Positions 52,786-55,904 of a stretch of DNA of 55,904 nt are shown here, in pieces. The position numbers and the translations under genes are program-made. Below the pieces are notes generated by a model, which ran no database searches, was not told the origin of the DNA, and was given only the letters and a program-made list of their open reading frames with translations. Every line of letters begins with the position of its first letter. Within the stretch, counting starts at the first letter, position 1. Source of the DNA: Octopus bimaculoides (Eukaryota); NCBI RefSeq assembly GCF_001194135.2, contig NC_068993.1, forward strand, positions 50,125,877 through 50,181,780. The letters run 5' to 3'.

Positions 52786-53219
52786 GGTGAGTCTACTTAC
52801 GCCTCTTCCCTGCTCACTCCTCTTCCTTTCGTCTCTCTTGTACGATGGTCACGACCTCAACCGGTGAAGAGTTCCTCTGATCCTAACTGATAAATAGAAG
52901 ACCCGTTGGTCATGGAAGCTGTCAAGGCAAAATATATTTGATATCTCTTCGTCACTCTCTGCCGCCGAAGAATGGTTTTCTTTGCAGCCTTCTCTTCCCA
53001 TTTTGCTCTTTTATTCCTTAACCATTTTTTTTTCTCTTTCAGTTTTATTCGGTTTCTTCGTTTACTCCACCCTCTTCCTTCTCTCACTACCACCCTTCGG
53101 CCCCCACTACCTTTCTCATCTCTGCCCTTCTCCTCTTTCACTTTTCTGACCTCTATCTCTGTCATTCCCAGCCTCTCTCTTTCTCTCTCTCTCTCTCTTT
53201 TCATCCCCATTCCTCCCCG

Positions 53220-53278
<59 letters not shown>

Positions 53279-54112
53279 CTCTTTCTCATTTTCACAATTC
53301 ATTTATGATTCTTCGAACTTTGACAGCTGATACAGGACCAAGAATTACGATCTTCCCAAGCAATCGCGCCCGTTCCTAGCTTTCCATACTCACCACCACA
53401 ACCACATCACACACCACACAACATCTCGTTCTCCCTTACTTTATCCACTACCTCTTTCTCTCTCCACCCTGTTCTTAATCTTCATTTATTTTGATTCTTT
53501 TTGTTCGTTTATTTGTTAGATTTATTCAGTTTCTTTTCTTTTTATTATTTCGTCAGCCCCTTGAACCGGTCTCACAATTCATTTCTCATGCAAACATACA
53601 TACATATATGTATAATATTGTCCTGTTTCACAATACAGTCGGGCCTTTTCGGTGCATCATAACTTTACAGTAGTTCACGTGCTTTAAGCATGCCTATAGG
53701 CGCATACATACATACACACACATTCACGTACACACAATGTTCATCATGATTATGAATGAATCATGCACCCTCGCATTTTTTTTTCGACATTCCTCTAATT
53801 TTATTTCTATGTTCCAACGCGTAAATCAAAGAATACCACTCTGTTTTGGCATGTAGCTGTGCTTGTAACCGAATAAGCAGGCTTTGGTTAAAATACAAAC
53901 GTCTCATTCTCTAAACCCCTTTCGCTTGTACTTAACCATTTTTTTTTAAGGGGAGCCTCGACATAATAACTCGATCTACTAGCAATAAGAACCAAATTAC
54001 CAGATCTCATCCCATTACAAAAAACTAGAAAAGCGTTGGATACTGTAGTCAGAAAGGACTGAACGGTTGGTTATGAGTAAAATACGTTCGATCTTCGATC
54101 TGTTAATACTCC

Positions 54113-54432
54113 ACATTAACAGCTGAAATAGCGAGCAAACAAAGGAGCCTCTACGTAAGACCTCGATATGCTAGGAATAGTTGCCAAAGATAGAAATTCA
54201 GCAACCCACTCCCTCTTGAATGTATTTTTTCTTTCTTTTCATCTAACAAGACAATCTATACATCGTCGCTCAATTTGTTAAAGATAGCAACTAATTTACC
54301 CTGTCGTCTTATATAAGGACACAGATAATATAGTACAACACACCCCATAAAAAGACAGTATGGTCACGGCTGGAATGCTTTTGATCATAGAGGTCTGTTT
54401 GATCAGGGTTGACCTAGTGATAAACAACAACT
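54113..54432 (+). mobile_element. Dispersed repeat family C
   Basis: acattaacagctgaaatag..aaggacacagataatatagt..tatggtcacggctggaatgcttttgatcatagaggtctgtttgatcagggttgacctagtgataaacaacaac. Confidence 0.65.
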
Positions 54433-54789
54433 ACATACAAAGGGAAAAGCCTGGAGAAAATTAAGAGAATTTATTGCCAAGAATGCGGCATTACGAACCC
54501 AAAGATCCGGTTTTGCGATGATTCGACAATGCTAGAAAGACAGCAATTATGCACTGCAAGTATTAATATACGTCATCATCATCATTATCGTTGTAATGAT
54601 CCTTTATCATCATCACCATTGTCTATCGTGGTGGTGGTGGTCGTCGTCGTCGTCATCATCTAACCTAGAGACGTTAAAACTTTAGTTAATCATTCATCCT
54701 TCACATCTCCTGATTATATCAGTTGTCTCTGTCTGATCTAAATTTCTGTTTTACCGATTCTATTAGAAAGCAATCTTTTCTTCTTGCAG

Positions 54790-54853
54790 ATCTATAGCTT
54801 CATCCTATGTGCTTGCTCACTTAATGTTCCTTCTTTCCTTTTGGCTATTTTGA
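54790..54853 (+). CDS. Candidate terminal coding exon encoding a GPI-anchor-like hydrophobic tail (possibly of the ephrin)
   Basis: Strong acceptor cttttcttcttgcag at 54775-54789. The phase-2 frame gives (x)SIASSYVLAHLMFLLSFWLF*. T-rich DNA is hydrophobic in several frames, so support is limited. Confidence 0.3.
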
Positions 54854-55661
54854 ATTTGCTACTACGCTACTACAAAGCCCTCCTTTATTATTTGCTGATC
54901 GGCTGACACCCGAGGTCAACAGGGATTATCTTTCAAAGGACGGACGTCCGTGCTCGCGATCTTCTAAATGTGCAGCCAGCAGTCTGGTGCACAGAAAACA
55001 TAAAGCAACCACGCGTGTCTTGACAAGAGATAAGCAACAATAGTCACTGGAATTGGTTGGTAGGTTAGTTGATGAATCGGATTGGAAAGAAAAACAAAAG
55101 AGGTGCATGTTTCGCGTGCCGTGTGATGAAGCAAAGACTAATGTTTCATTGAACATGGTCTTTGCCTGTAACATCACACTAGTTTCTACTTCATCTCTTT
55201 GCAAGATATAGAACTGATCTGGAGCCAACTGCAGAGATTGCTAGATAATTTATCAAATTTATGCACTCCATCCTAAAACTCTTGTCATTAGACCTTGGCG
55301 ATAAAACACCGCATTCGCATTCAGCACTCGTTCGGCCTTTTAGGCTTCTAAAGCTCAACGCGAATTCCGCACAAAATCTTTATCTTTCTAATTTCTCTCT
55401 CTTTCTCCTGGTCATTGTTTAACGAATTCTAGAAAGCAGTAGTGGCAGCAAAATGAAAAGGCACCAGGTTATTATATACCTTATGGTACTCAATTTTGTT
55501 CTTTGATTTATTTTACTTACTTTAAAAAAGAAAAAGTCGATTTCACCCTTTCATGACCCCTACGTGTGATAAAATACATATTAGTTTCTTATGTAATTTA
55601 ATGTGCCACTCTTCTAAGTCGAATCCTGGTATCTCTCTTTCTTTCTCTCTCTTTCTCTCTC

Positions 55662-55698
<37 letters not shown>

Positions 55699-55904
55699 CA
55701 TAGATAGATAGATACGTGTAGTTGCCATATATTTGACTTTTTTCTTCGTTCTCTATTGTTAAAGCCCTATTATGTTTCGATGACTTGGAAGAAATTGGCT
55801 AGAGATAACAATTGGGATTCCCATATGTTATTTTATTTTTCCAAACTTCTTTGTGTATGAGTAACAAACGAAAGACAACAAAGAGCAAAAGCAACCAGCT
55901 ACAA

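Noticed and set aside
4973-52890. Long ORFs containing X runs or YI/HT/CV/RE dipeptide repeats throughout the ORF track
   Set aside because: They are translations of N-gaps and (AT)n, (CA)n or (GA)n microsatellites, not proteins.
53327-53379. Alternative terminal exon ADTGPRITIFPSNRARS* after a ttgacag acceptor
   Set aside because: Phase-1 compatible with the gap donor, but it has a weaker acceptor and no anchor signal; unsupported without cDNA.
1-55904. CRISPR arrays, operons, defence systems, rRNA or known conserved miRNAs
   Set aside because: The DNA is eukaryotic, no repeat-spacer arrays or rRNA were seen, and no mature sequence of a conserved bilaterian miRNA that I could recall was found.

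Overview
Eukaryotic, AT-rich, microsatellite-saturated draft-assembly DNA with 14 N-gaps (5059-5631, 10344-11041, 16584-16593, 17377-17776, 21295-21880, 23007-23467, 24414-24770, 30129-30304, 31806-31979, 33523-33622, 34711-34720, 40977-41204, 46438-46447, 52115-52785). The SINE families and repeat texture strongly suggest an octopus genome (inference, not a database match). Almost all listed ORFs are artefacts of gaps and dinucleotide repeats. The one well-supported gene is missing from the ORF track: a + strand ephrin whose first coding exon (22025-22179) encodes a signal peptide plus FYWNASNP and ends at a phase-2 GTAAGT donor. About 2 kb upstream is a CpG-rich region with an exactly spaced Inr+DPE core promoter (predicted TSS 20052). 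The ephrin receptor-binding exon is not visible. It may lie in the 671-N gap that ends exactly on G|GTGAGT, and a candidate GPI-signal exon follows at 54790. The rest is intron or intergenic DNA with three SINE-like families, an RTE LINE remnant with a twin-priming-type inversion, a tRNA-headed element carrying a Penelope-type hammerhead-like core, an inverted SINE triad, a CpG-decayed block and speculative antisense exons. No prokaryotic systems, CRISPR arrays, rRNA or true tRNA genes were seen.
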